The notes beneath the pieces are model-generated. The model was given only the letters and a program-made list of their open reading frames with translations, ran no database searches and was not told the DNA's origin. From Octopus sinensis (lineage: Eukaryota), in the NCBI RefSeq assembly GCF_006345805.1, contig NC_042997.1, positions 71,362,001 through 71,426,000 of the forward strand: a stretch of DNA of 64,000 nucleotides, in the 5' to 3' direction. Positions 1-13,449 of this stretch are shown here, piece after piece; positions within the stretch are counted from its first letter, which is position 1, and the number at the start of each line of letters is the position of its first letter. The translations under genes and the position numbers were made by a program.

Positions 1-198
1 GTAAATGCATTGAACCTAATAAAAGGCATTGTTTTGCACCGAGACACACGTACAGAAATATGTAGTTCTGTATATGCGTACCTATAAATATATACATATA
101 TGTATATATATATGTATATATATATGTATATATATATGTATATATATATGTATATATATATATATATGTATATATATATGTATATATATATATATATA

Positions 199-451
199 TT
201 CAATTATTCAATTATTCAATTATTCAATAATTTTTGCTTGTATGTTATGTCCCTCCGCTTTACCTCATGGTGCGATGTGAACATTTAACGTGGTACTATA
301 GTCAGTGTTTCGACTGCTATTTCGGCATGTTGGTGTCTTTTAGACACCCTCATTTTTAATTGTTAAAAAATTTTCTTACCTTTGTAAGGTATTTCTTTCA
401 TGCTGGCCACTTGATAATTTCGACACTTAAATATCGATATTATCCTCATAT
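199..451. mobile_element. Short interspersed repeat between (TA)n tracts, same family as 2418-2671 (Penelope pLTR-like)
   Basis: 290-451 is the near-perfect reverse complement of 2418-2574, and 268-365 is a direct copy of 2575-2671. Bounded by TA microsatellites. Confidence 0.6.
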
Positions 452-455
452 ATAA

Positions 456-584
<129 letters not shown>

Positions 585-750
585 ATATATAAGCGCAGGA
601 GTGGCTGTGGAGTAAGTAGCTTGCTTACGAACCACATGGTTCCGAGTTCACTGCGTGGCACCTTGGGTAAGTGTCTTCTACTATAGCCTCGGGCCGACCA
701 AAGCCTTGTGAGTGGATTTGGTAGGCGGAAACTGGAAGAAGCCCGTCGTA

Positions 751-799
<49 letters not shown>

Positions 800-886
800 G
801 TATTAGAGACAAAACCACTATTTTGCAAAACAAACAAGGAAAGACTTAATCAATACATAAAATTTTAATAAATAGTCAAAAAACCG

Positions 887-929
887 CCACTACAATTGTT
901 TCTTGTCTTGATCGACAATCTTCAGGTGG
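887..929 (-). ncRNA. Minimal type I hammerhead ribozyme (left arm)
   Basis: Reverse complement of 1148-1190. Confidence 0.85.
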
Positions 930-1147
930 ACTTCCAATCTAAAATATCAATATTTTAAAATATAAAAATAATAATTTTAAAATAATTAAAGTATGAATGA
1001 AAAAATATAAATATATAATCATATAATATATAATCATATATTTATATTCTTTATATAATCATATATTTATATTTTTTCATTCATACTTTAATTATTTTAA
1101 AATTATTATTTTTATATTTTAAAATATTGATATTTTAGATTGGAAGT

Positions 1148-1190
1148 CCACCTGAAGATTGTCGATCAAGACAAGAAACAATTGTAGTGG
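1148..1190 (+). ncRNA. Minimal type I hammerhead ribozyme (right arm)
   Basis: ccac CTGAAGA ttgtc-gatcaa-gacaa GAAAC aatt GTA gtgg: stem I ccac/gtgg, canonical core, 5 bp stem II, palindromic AATT loop III. Confidence 0.85.
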
Positions 1191-1361
1191 CGGTTTTTTT
1201 GACTATTTATTAAAATTTTATGTATTGATTAAGTCTTTCCTTGTTTGTTTTGCAAAATAGTGGTTTTGTCTCTAATAATATTTTATAATATTTTACTATA
1301 AAATTGGATTTAATCCTAAATCTGATTTTTTCCCTGTAAATTTGGATTTATTCCTAATATT

Positions 1362-1414
<53 letters not shown>

Positions 1415-1755
1415 GGGGGGTGTATGTGCGTGTTTATGTGTCTGTGTGTGTCCCCCCAACATCGCTTGACAACCGATGCTAGTGTGTTTACGTCCCCCGT
1501 AACTTAGCGGTTCGGCAAAAAGAGACCGATAAAATAAGTACTAGACTTACAAAGAATATATATATAAACTATTTAATGATGTTCTCGTTATATATATATC
1601 TGTATGTGTATATGAATAAACTATATATGCATCTATACATACGTGTATGTGTGTGCGCGTGCGTGTGTGCCCGTGTGTGTTTGTGTGTGTATGTGTGTCT
1701 ATATGCGTGTAAATACATTTATACACAGTCGTGTGTAAACATATATATATAATAT

Positions 1756-1825
<70 letters not shown>

Positions 1826-2356
1826 CATATATATATACTTATACACAAAAGTATCTTTTTGATCATAGACTCACGCACACGTGCACACGCGCATAGACAG
1901 AAATATGCATATTGTATGTATATATGTATGCCTGCATGTATGTGTGTATACATGCTACAATGAATGTAAGCATTCCTTCTTTTGGTTGTGCTGACCTTCT
2001 TTCATTCTACTTTGCTTCCTTTTCAGAACTTCTCAGACTCGCATTCCTTTCTCAAATCTAAGTGTTCCTTACGGCCTTTCATACGTATCTAATCGAAACA
2101 TTCACATACTAGCGATCATTGCATATATCTCATTTTTTCTTCACATTCACTAATACGTCTATATATGCACATGTGCACATATACAATACTATAAATGTAC
2201 ATGTGTATGTATATATTTATATAGATACATATTTTCACAAACACACACAATCATCTACATCAATATAAGCAAGATCATATGTACATATATAAAAATGATA
2301 GATGTGCGTGTGAATATATATATATATATATATACATGTATGCATATATATACATG

Positions 2357-2408
<52 letters not shown>

Positions 2409-2417
2409 ATATTATAT

Positions 2418-2671
2418 ATGAGGATAATATCGATATTTAAGTGTCGGAATTATCAAGTGGCCAGCATGAAAGAAATACCTTACAAAGGTAAAAAATTTTT
2501 AACAATTAAAAATGAGGGTGTCTAAAAGACACCAACATGCCGAAATAGCAGTCGAAACACTGACTATAGTACCAGGTGCGATGTGAACATTTACCGTGGT
2601 ACTATAGTCAGTGTTTCGACTGCTATTTCGGCATGTTGATGTCTTTTAGACACCCTCATTTTTAATTGTTA
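2418..2671. mobile_element. Hairpin-forming copy of the 199-451 family
   Basis: Internal inverted arms ~2500-2574 and ~2597-2671. Flanked by (TA)n. Confidence 0.65.
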
Positions 2672-2974
2672 TACATATATATATATATAGAAATTCGGGG
2701 TGAGTACTTGATAATTATAAGCACCTGTTGAGTATAGAAATTCGATATATATATACATACATGTATGCATATATGTAGTATATGTGTGTGTGCAGATATT
2801 GTACGCACGAAAATCTGTCGCTCGATGTGTTAGTACGCATCTATATGCATAATATTTGTAAATTCGCAACGTCTACAAGGAGCAGATATGCATGGACCAA
2901 ACTAAGTAATCGATTGATCAAACAAATAGCTGTTTAGTTGTTCATAAATATATTATTTTATATTTTATTCTTGT

Positions 2975-3357
2975 AGTCGTTTATTTGTTTCAGTCACCTG
3001 ACTGCAGCCATGCTGGAGCACCTCTTTTAGTCAAAGAAATCGACCCCAGGACTTATTCTTTGTAAGCCTAGTATTTATTCTATCGGAATATCCTGTTGCC
3101 GAGCCGCTAAGTTACGAGAACGTAAACACACCAGCATCGATTGTCAAGCGATGAGGACAAATATTTCCACACAATCACACACACAGACATACATACGACA
3201 GGCCTCTTTCAGTCTCCGTCTACCAAATCCACACACAAGGATTTGGTCGGCCCGAGGCTATAGTAGAAGACGCTTGCCCAAGGTGCCACGTAGCGGGACT
3301 GAACCCGGAACCAAGTGGTTGGTAAGCAAGCTACTTGCCACACAGCCACTCCTGCGC
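2975..3357 (-). mobile_element. SINE family A, near full length
   Basis: Reverse complement of the 592-1556 family, including the tail ...gctccagcatggctgcagtc...actgaaaca. Confidence 0.85.
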
Positions 3358-3406
<49 letters not shown>

Positions 3407-3476
3407 ATATGGTATAATTATAAACAGGGCAAATTTTTGTAATTTTGCCGAAGACTGAAGAAAAAGCGATTAACAA

Positions 3477-3517
3477 CCTTAATCGATTTTCGAACCTTAT
3501 TGGGTTCTCATCAGAGG
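3477..3517 (-). ncRNA. Minimal type I hammerhead ribozyme in a ~260 bp island between microsatellites
   Basis: Minus strand: cct CTGATGA gaacc-caataa-ggttc GAAA a-tcga-t TA agg. Canonical core and palindromic loop III. Confidence 0.8.
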
Positions 3518-3744
3518 CGTGTACTCATTCTGAGAGTCTCCAAAGAAACAAGAAGCCAATCTCTTTATTATTCAACAAATGCAGCAGTTACTCTATGAAG
3601 GAGTCCCTAATTTGCATACCTAAAGTGTTTAACACTCTATAAATACCAGTGGCCCGTCAATATGCCTATATATATATACCGGAGTAAGCACATAAATGTG
3701 AAACAAGATGGAATAAAAAGTACTCAAATACCAGAGGTAAGGTA

Positions 3745-3813
<69 letters not shown>

Positions 3814-4239
3814 GTATGTATTATGTATGTATGTATGTGCGCATATCTGCGTGTCTGTCTGTTCCCTATGTATTCTCAAACGGGTCCACCAAATCAAATC
3901 AAATTTTACCAGGTAATTGTATTACACCCTGCAAGTTTCTACATGTAATTTTTGATTTTCATTTGGATTAAAACAATATAACATTTTACCTAAATAATCT
4001 TTCTATAGTCAACTATAGTAAAGGGCATTTTATACCACGACGACGACGACACATTTTGTATATGTGTGTGTGTATGTGTCTATGAGTGCGTGTGTGTTTG
4101 TGCGTTCTTTACGTAAATTTATGTCTGCGTGTGTCTGTCTTAGCATATGTACGTGAGTGTATGTGAGAGTTATTTGTGTGTCAGTGTATGTGAGAGTGCA
4201 TGTGTGTATCAGTGTATATGTAAACTATACTAGTTCCAA

Positions 4240-4901
4240 CTCATGAAATGGTTGATAAACTCAATCATGAACTCCTTTGAAATTTAACAGATTCATCAGA
4301 AACTACTTTTCCCTCATTTGACATAACAGTCGATCAAGATCAGGCTGTTCAATACCCTATTGAATTTCTAAACACACTTAAACTCCCTGGGATGCTACCG
4401 CATAACTTGACACTAAAGCTGGATGATCCCATTACATTGCTTAGGAATCTTGACCCATCTCGCCCATGTCCTACTCGCAACAATCATAACAGGTAGTCAC
4501 AAAGAAGAAAATGTCTTTCTTCCAAAATTTCCTCTCATACCTACAGATGTTCCATTTGAATTTAAGAGGCTTCAGTTTCCAGTCAATCTCTCAAGATGAT
4601 TGGGTTTCATCTCTCTATTACAAGCTTTTTCTATATTGGTTGCTCACGAGATGGAAGCAGCAACAATTTATTCATTTGGCTACCAACAATAATTTACACA
4701 ATGAAGGGCTTCATGAGTGACAAATTTTCAGTTCTAAATTGTATTATCATTACAATTTGGATATTTGTAAATAAAATATTGATATTTTGAAATAATGATG
4801 AGAAATAAATATATCTTCATATCTATTATATATCTTCATATTCATATTTATTGTTTACTAATCTGAATAAGAGCTCGGGCAACGCCGGATAATTCAGCTA
4901 G
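4240..4901 (+). mobile_element. Helitron 3' remnant with decayed PIF1-like helicase
   Basis: Manual translation gives AVQYPIEFLNTLKLPGMLPHNLTLK..ITLLRNL, PLIPTDVPFEFKRLQFPV and FYIGCSR, typical of Helitron helicase C-termini. Ends with a GC hairpin (cgggcaacgccgg) then CTAG|T at 4898-4902. Confidence 0.85.
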
Positions 4902-5062
4902 TACATACCAACATACATGCATACACACATACATACATACATACATACATACATACATACATACATACATACACGCATACATACATACATACATACATAC
5001 ATACATACATACATACATACATACATACATACATACATACATACATACATACATACATACAT
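4902..5062. repeat. (TACA)n microsatellite
   Basis: Direct inspection. Confidence 0.95.
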
Positions 5063-5699
5063 AGTTGCTTAGTTGGTACTGAAATTATAAAACCGTAAAC
5101 ACAATTAAACGCGAAGAAAGTGAAAAAGAGCTCTATATTTTTGAGTAACTATTTAATATGTCGGATTAAAATTCCTGCTTCCGTTTTACGCTATTCTAAG
5201 TTTCATTTAGCAGAACGTGCTGCCTGGTAGTATAGATTCTAGCACAATTCCAGGGAGTGATGACGTTTTCTTCACTTTTGCTTCGTGTTACTAGCATAGT
5301 GTACACTATTCCGGTTTATTGGGTGTTTACCTGCATACATAAACTTTTTGTTCACATGGACACAAAAATTAAAACAAATATGCAGCATGTATATTAACAC
5401 GTACATATTAGACATCTTTTCATACATTTGTAGACTTTTAATAGAAAAAGTTTAACTTAGGGGAAATAATTCAATATAGCATATTGGTTTTCAAATATAT
5501 TCACAAACATTCGTATATCTAAGCATGTACTGTATTATTTTATTTCGTGTTGCTTGCGTATTATATTGTATTATATAGTGTTATCTTGTTTGATACTGGT
5601 TCCGTAAAATAAAACTCGTGCGAGTTGTGTTAGGTTATTAGGTGGTTATTGTATAAGGTTGGATGACATCAATGAGAAATCGCAAAACGTCGTTGAGAA

Positions 5700-6640
5700 G
5701 AGCATGCTGAAAATGAATTCTAAATATACGAATGCAAAAAGAAATAAAGAGAATGAATTCTAGTAAGACAACAAAACGAAGAAAATAAAAATAGTAAGCA
5801 AATAAAAAAAACATTCAACAATTTAAGACAATATATTTTGAAGATTACGATAAAGAAATTATTTAAGACAAAAGGCATAAGAATGCAAAAAAGATCTGCA
5901 TCTTAAAAGATATAATACTGAATCTAAAACTGACCATAGCAAACTTATGCCACTTTTCCTGTGCAGGGTACAATCTTGTACCTAACTATGAAGAAAAAGA
6001 TAGAAACCTTTGAAATATGGATCTTTTGCAGATTGGTCAGCATAAGCTGGAAAGACAGGATAACAATTATTTATTGCCAACAGGGGCCTAAACATAGGGG
6101 GAACAAACAAGGACAAACGGATCAAGTCGATTACATCGATTGCAGTGCGTAACTGGTACTTATTTAATCGACCCCGAAAGGATGAAAGTAACGTAACGGC
6201 AGACGAAATAAACAAGGGGCTAAACACAGAGGGGACAAACAAGGACAGACAAACGGATTAAGTCGATTATATCGACCCCAGTGCGTAACTGGTACTTATT
6301 TAATCGACCGCGAAAGGATGAAAGGCAAAGTCGACCTCGGCGGAATTTGAACTCAGAGCGTAACGGCTGACGAAATACGGCTACGCATTTCGCCCGGCGC
6401 GTTAACGTTTCTGCCAGCTCACCGATACTAGAAAAGCTGAAAGTCTAAAACACCTATTATCGAGACTCAGGTCCACTGAGCTATTAAATGTTGGACATTG
6501 CATGCACCCAATACTGTTCTGACTATGGGACTGGAAAATAGGAGCCTTGTTGATGGTATGCATGCAACAGAGCACAGGAAACTGGAGAGCCTTGGTACGC
6601 CAACCACTGGACACAGAGAGAACTGGTTAATGGTTGATGA
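5700..6640 (+). mobile_element. Decayed RTE-clade LINE 3' portion, interrupted by a SINE
   Basis: IETFEIWIFCRLVSISWKDRIT (6000-6065) matches the RTE C-terminal IxAFEMWxxRRxLxISW motif. Boundaries approximate. Confidence 0.6.
6075..6421 (-). mobile_element. SINE family B (Deu/Nin-domain-like core) with a duplicated 3' part
   Basis: Minus strand gagctggcagaaacgttaacgcgccgggcg...gagttcaaattccgccgaggtcgactttgcctttcatcctttcg.ggtcgattaaataagtaccag. 6075-6210 repeats 6215-6325. Confidence 0.8.
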
Positions 6641-9029
6641 CAGTATAGGGTAGGAGTGAGCATAATGAATGTACTGAAAGCTAATGAATTGTACTGTTAT
6701 ATGAATTACTGTAATAGAAAATAACCAAATATTTAAGAATCCTATAACGAAACTGCTCCCAAATAAGTCTTTCGTCTTTGATACACTAAAACTGAAAAAG
6801 ATGAATGATCACAGCTGGGACACCACTGGTCATTGGACTGCTTACACAGGGCTGACCTGGGGCTAAACAACAACAAGTCAACATTTTCTTTCTTTTTTTT
6901 GTTTTATTTTCATGTGGCTTTTGTGTAGGTTGTAAATATGGTGTCCTTGTGATCCAAAATAGTAAAAAAATATACAAAAAGTAAATAAACGATAAAAAGA
7001 AACTCCAAAATAATATTTAAAGAACTAAGTATGTAGTGGAAACTGTTTATTTGAAAGCTTTAAAAAAATCCTACTGATAAATGTTATCTCCACACTGAAG
7101 AGGTGTCATTTCTGCTGATGTCAAGCTCACTTGTCCGAATCTGCCGACAGATTTTAAGTTAAACAAACAGCAAAAACAAGAATGTCTATGAGATGAAATG
7201 TTAAATGAAAATCTGTGGCATACATTTTGAGTAAAAGATATAAACGAAAACAAGAAGAGAAAAAAATCAGTAAGGCGGTAAAAAGAAAGAAAAGCAATGC
7301 ATTTTATTTAACCTAGTTCAATCCTGATCGTGCGAACTTATTATCAAAGGCATTCTAACTATGACCATCTAGCCTCATCTATAAGTGTCTAGAGTGTTCA
7401 ATAATTCCTCCTTCTATAAAACAATAATGTGTGTGATCTGAGGCAAATTCAGCTGCTATTTCTTGGAGTTCAACCACATAGAAGAAGAAAGCAATTGCAT
7501 TTTAACAAAATTAAAGAGCCGTATTATAAATTAAGAGTTGATTTCTAACATAGACAAAAGACCTTGTCTTAAGGGAAGGAGACTGTAGAATCGGCTCAGT
7601 ATTTGTCTATCGACGTAGAAAGATTGAAAATCTAAGACTGCTTCGGTGAGACGCAACTGTTCGATGCTGTATTCACACTACCGATCTATCTCCCCTATTT
7701 AAAGAGTATTGACTCACTATTTGACTGGTACTTTATTTTATCAAACTGAAAAGAACGAATGTAAGTTAAGACTTACATTGTAAGTTGTAAGTTAAGACTT
7801 ACTTAAAGAATGTCAAATATCACTGGAGCCAATTTTCAGTAAAATGAGCACTAGTCATACCGTTCGATTTAAGGTGACCGATCAATTACATCGACTCTTT
7901 GTAACAAATATATGCTTCCCGTTGATCGAAGCAATATTTCACTTTAATTTCGAAGACTATTGTTGGATAAGAACTAATACACTTGACAATCTTGGTTCGA
8001 ATCCTGCTAAAAGCAACTTTCTTTTCACTCACAGTAGTAATACTTTTTGAGAAAACTATGGATATCACAGCATTGTATACATGTGTGAATTTATATACAT
8101 ATGTGTGTGTGTTTGTTCGAGTACAGCATTGCTTTACATAATTTCCGTAAAACTATTGAATTTTTTGCTTTATCGTAACAAACCAAAAGTTAAACTTATT
8201 TGGGGAAAATGCAGATGCCAGAGTAAGTTGAAAACTGAGCAGGTGTTAATTCAGATTCTTCAGATCATATTTGTCTTTCGCCAGTTTATTGGGAATTAAG
8301 TATGCTGCTACTGGGATAGGAACTTTTGGACTGGGATGTTATCAGGTGAGAACCAGAGCTTCAGTGATCAGAGTTGGTAGCGGCACCTTGCACTGTAGCG
8401 TAGGTACCTGGACACGATCTGTCAACCATTCTGCCTGAAATCTAACATAAAAGCAAATCAGCAAATCATTAATCCAAAATTCGATTCGTAGGTAAATTAT
8501 ATCTTCATTTCTTACGTTTTTTGAGTTTTCCCATAAGCGGTAGTTCTCGGTTGACAATGACGCTAACCTACTGGCGAGACGACGTTGCAATACACTCTCA
8601 AATACCGGTAAAAAACTTGGGAACACTTCTTCTTAACTTACCTTTGTTCTGAGGCCATATTCAATAAACAGAGTTTGACATGCTACATGAAAGATGCTGT
8701 TTCAATGGCTGTCAAAGTAAGCGCTGGTGTATGTTTGTTATGTGTGTGTAGTATATTGTATTTAGAAGAAACTTGAATTATGCGAGACAATAAATGATTA
8801 CCAAGCTGGCCAATCTCAAATCAAACAAGCAATCTCTCTCCAGTAGCCATTTATCATTTCCTTAATGCTTTGTTCGTTTATTCTTCCTTTCGCGTATTTA
8901 TTCAAACGTATTAGCGTTATTATTACTCTAATAGTATCTGTTACGTAGATTTCTGAAGAAATTCTTCCAGCACAAACACAGACATACAAACACACACATA
9001 CGGATTGATGGATAGATGGACAGACGGAC

Positions 9030-9041
9030 AGACAGACAGAC

Positions 9042-9122
<81 letters not shown>
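9030..9122. repeat. (GACA)n/(GATA)n microsatellite
   Basis: Direct inspection. Confidence 0.95.
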
Positions 9123-9238
9123 TGTGCTTGTAATCATCATGCAATATTAGAGTTTATCCCCTTATGAATATATGACATATTGTATACATAGCCGATTTTA
9201 ACAAATAGTCTAATGTATACACACATAAATATAGATGC

Positions 9239-9316
<78 letters not shown>

Positions 9317-9333
9317 TGTGTGTGTGTGAGTGC

Positions 9334-9365
<32 letters not shown>

Positions 9366-9591
9366 GACTGCACACATAAATATCTGCAAGTCTATATGTA
9401 TGTCAATGTCTATAAACGGGTGAATGAATGAACTGACGAAAATATGATTATCGCTGAAAGAGGGGCGTAAGAAACCTTGACGAATACGTCTGCCGACTTG
9501 AAGACACCAGCTATTTCCGTTACTCTCAGCTTTGATTAACATCACATTTTGTTTTTTACTTGAGAAGGCCCTAACTACAGAAGCACTGACG

Positions 9592-9650
<59 letters not shown>

Positions 9651-9710
9651 CACACACACACACAAACACACTCATATATATATATATATATATACATGGA
9701 TATTTATATG

Positions 9711-9742
<32 letters not shown>

Positions 9743-10257
9743 CATGGATATTTATATGTACATACATATATATATATTTGAAAAATGGCTTTTCGGCTAA
9801 TTTTTCCACTTTCATAATTAGATGTTTATAAATTTTTTGGGTGTTTACAATTTGAAACTACTGAATCAAATGTTGCATACATGAATTGTTTGACTACTTG
9901 TTTGTCAGGGACTGGTCAAGTGATGTAGATACCTTTCATTGGGACCCAACAAAGTTCGAAAAATCTATTAAGGCTGTTCATTTTTTTCTTTATTTCCTTA
10001 TTTCTTTCTTTCTTTCTTCCTTATTTTCTTTTTTTTTTCTTTCTTTCAGTCTACGGAAAAATAGTTAAATTTGCAGCGTTTGAATATCTACTCCATAGGT
10101 TTTATATGTGTGTGTGCGCGCGCATGTGTGCATGTGTTTGTGTGTGTATACATGTGTGAATTTATATACATATGTGTGTGTGTTTGTGCGAGTACATATA
10201 TATATATATATATAAGATTGTACAGTCAGCTTAATCCCTTCCAAATTTAAAAGGGGT

Positions 10258-10356
10258 GGCACCTTGAGCAAGTGTCTTCTACAATGTAGCATCGGGCCGA
10301 CCAAGGTCATGTGAGTGGGTTTAGTAGTCGAAACTGAAAGAAACCCGTTGTATGTA

Positions 10357-10404
<48 letters not shown>

Positions 10405-10550
10405 TGCGTGTGTGTATCTTTGTGCTTGTGTTTTTTTTTCCTTCACCACCGCCTAATAAACGGTGTTGGTGTGTTTACGTCTCTGTAACTTTGCGGTTCG
10501 GCAAAAGTACCAGGCTTACTTTAAAAAAAATACTGGGGTCGATTCATCCG
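10258..10550 (+). mobile_element. SINE family A, 5'-truncated, with internal (GA)n
   Basis: ggcaccttgagcaagtgtcttcta...gaaactgaaagaaacccg and ggtgtgtttacgtc...gcggttcggcaaaa match family A. Confidence 0.75.
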
Positions 10551-10577
10551 ACTATATATGTATATATATATATATAT

Positions 10578-10646
<69 letters not shown>

Positions 10647-10661
10647 TGTGTATGTGTGTGT

Positions 10662-10860
10662 AGGGAGAGTTTACGAAAAAAACAAAAGACGAAGACAGGT
10701 GGTGTACAAAATAAACAGATGTATTAGTATAACGCTCAGGAATAGAAAAGGTCTTTTACGTTTAGAGCCTACGCTCTTCTACAGAAAAGGACACAGAAAA
10801 AAACAAGGAGAGAAAGATAAAATGTATAGTAGCTAACGATCTAGCATGGCGACTGACTGC
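10662..10860 (-). mobile_element. pLTR-like repeat with a degenerate A6U-type hammerhead (10753-10788)
   Basis: Reverse complement of ~40358-40512. Reads tttt CTGTAGA a gagc-gtag-gctc tAAAC GTA aaag, with the G of GAAA mutated here. Confidence 0.65.
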
Positions 10861-10920
10861 CGGACGTACGCGTATATATATTAAATCATACGGTAGTCAC
10901 TAAATTTTACATACAATATA

Positions 10921-12171
10921 TTGGGTCATCCCATAAATAATGCGGTATTTTTTCAATTGTCGAACTAAAAGTTGGAGGGGGTTGGGAGAATCTACCTACA
11001 TCAACTTGCTATAAAAGCTGATAGTAATTTTACCTTGTTCTCATTCTTAGTGCAAATTTTGAAGAGCGCAGTTCGATTTTAACAGTTATTTCAAAGCTAT
11101 TAATAGAAGTAACAAAGGGGCATATTCTATATATTTTGCTTTATGAGTTCAATAAAGGTAACTACGCAGCGGAAATGCGAGGAATATTAATGCAGTATAT
11201 AGGAATCGGACAATAAGCGTAAATCAGGGTCAACGATGGTTCCAGGAATTCCGAGCCGGAAACTACAGTTTAGAAGACGAGCCTCGTCCTGGAAGATCTG
11301 TAAAGTTCGACGAGGGCGTCTTGCAAACACTGGTGGAGCAAAATCACGTCGTAACTGTTGATGAACTAGTAGAGAAGCTTGGATTTAATTATTCAGCCAT
11401 TCATCGACACCTGCGTGCCATTGGAAAAGTCAGCAAATTGGTCACCGGGTTCCTCGCAAACTTTTCGAGTCTAATTGCGCGCAGCGAGTGAATGTGTGCT
11501 CCTCTTTGCGGTCACATCTCGCGAATGAACCCTTTTTGAACCGAATAGTGACTGGTGACGAGAAATGGGTTTTCTGTAACAATGTCAAGCACCGAAAATT
11601 GTAGGTAGGGAAAGGAGAAACACTGGCACTCCAGGCTAAAGGTCTTTACCCATGTATGGTATTGTTGTCTGTTTGGTGAGTTATGAGAGGTTTAGTCTAC
11701 TTTGAACTTTTAAACCCAAACCAAAATGATAACAAAGGAGATCTACTGCGGGAAGCTTGAGGAGCTTAAGTCAGCACTAGGAGAAAGGTGTTCTTCTATT
11801 AGGATAATGCTCGGCCACATACAGCGAGGATGACATTCCAAGGACTGAAGCAGTTTGAATGGGAAACGATGCCCCACCCACCATATTCGCCGACATTTCC
11901 CCCATCTGATTATCATTTATTCCGCAGTTTTCAAAAGCATTTGGACGGTAAAAATATGAATTCTGTGGACGAGGTCAAAATAGTAGTGGAGTATTTTTCG
12001 TCACGGACAAATGAATTTTGGAAGACAGGCCTTGCAAGTCTACCAGATAGATGGAAGTGCATTGCAGAAAATGAAGGAGAGTATGTTTTAGATTAAAAGA
12101 GAACTTTTTTTATCATAATTTTGTAAAATAAAAGAAGTATATAAAAACGCTTTATTTATGGGATAACCTAA
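10921..12171 (+). mobile_element. Mariner transposon with decayed DD34D transposase
   Basis: TIRs ttgggtcatcccataaataa / tttatttatgggataacctaa with TA on both flanks. Motifs TGDEKW, DNARPH and HPPYSPTFPPSDYHLF. Frameshifted. Confidence 0.95.
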
Positions 12172-13449
12172 TACATAGATAGAACAACAAATAATCTAAT
12201 TCCATTATTTTTTAAGAGTTTTAAGACATGTCATTTATCATCTTACATAATTTATGTAATACGTTTTAACGTATTGCTTAACTATATAAATGTTACATTA
12301 ATGGTGATGTGCTCAGTGGGTCACTGATAGAATTACCACCTTCCATTTTCTGTGTTCATATCTCTTTTTTGTGTATCTGAGCAAAACATTTAATTATATA
12401 CATTCCAGCTCTCGTCATTCGCAGCATTCTTTCCCTGGGGGCGGTGGGGGGGTGATAATGATTTCTCCGAAACCGGAGCTAAGCACTGGTAGGAATGAAT
12501 GATTTTCAAAATTAATATGACGTCAGTAACCCTGAAATAAATTTGCAGTCCATTTCAGTAACTAACTATGAGTTAAAGATCGTCTATATTGTCAATATTT
12601 CTGAATGTTGCAGTCAGCCACATCGATATTGGCCAAGGAGTCAATAGTTCATATTCTATCACCATTGCGTTAATGAACCAACGACTAAGACGCTAAATGT
12701 TCAATAGCCCAGTCCATCTTTCTGTAATTAGATATGATGACTATTACAGCTTACTGCTGCAGGCACTAGGAGTGTTACATAATTAACGAGTAGGTTTTTT
12801 TTTAAAGTTTACAGTGTTGAGTTCAAATCCTTACTTGCAGCTAGTGTAGAATAGGAAACGACTCCGCATGAGACTTTGAATTCGCCAAGATCACAGGGAG
12901 TTCAATCCCCACACGACACCTTCAGATATGTTAAATAGTAGAAAACAAGTACACAAACTACTTCAATAATTCAAACATTTTAATCAAATATTTAGAGCTA
13001 AAATAAAAATAAATACGAAAATTTTTTCAGAAGTCGTAAAAAGAATATAAATGTAGGAAAATTTAAATAAACTTCTGGGTGTTTTTATTGTATTTTTCTT
13101 CTTTTGTTGCAAATTTGAACTTCCTTAACACCATCAGCATTCTAAAATACTGGGTGACGAGACGAACAAATGAATAAACCAATAAATAAGCGAGAAGGGA
13201 ATGAATTCTAGAGTAATTTTAATTTTCAGAAAATTATTAGTTATTTTATCTGAGAGAGACATGAATATCACATAATCTGTTCACTTTTAACAAATAAAAT
13301 GTCAAGTTTTCGTACCTCATGTGTTAAAAGCAATGAAATAAAATGTATGATACTGTTGATAGTTGTCGAGAATTTTGCATGAAATAATATTTTGGTGTTG
13401 ACATAACATTTAAATCATTGAACTCGACAAAATAAAAAGCAGTATATAA

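Larger units (their letters stand above)
791..1367. mobile_element. Palindromic non-autonomous element with one hammerhead per arm
   Basis: Near-perfect inverted arms ~791-1017 and ~1061-1287. The right arm extends to ~1367. (TA)n on both sides. Confidence 0.85.
592..1556 (+). mobile_element. SINE family A, split at its internal (TA)n by the insertion at 791-1367
   Basis: Head gcgcaggagtggctgtgg...ggttccgagttca (A/B-box-like) and body to ~750. The 3' half (ccaacatcgcttgacaaccgatgc...ataagtactag) resumes at ~1440. The same sequence recurs uninterrupted at 2975-3357 and 61100-61470. Confidence 0.85.
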
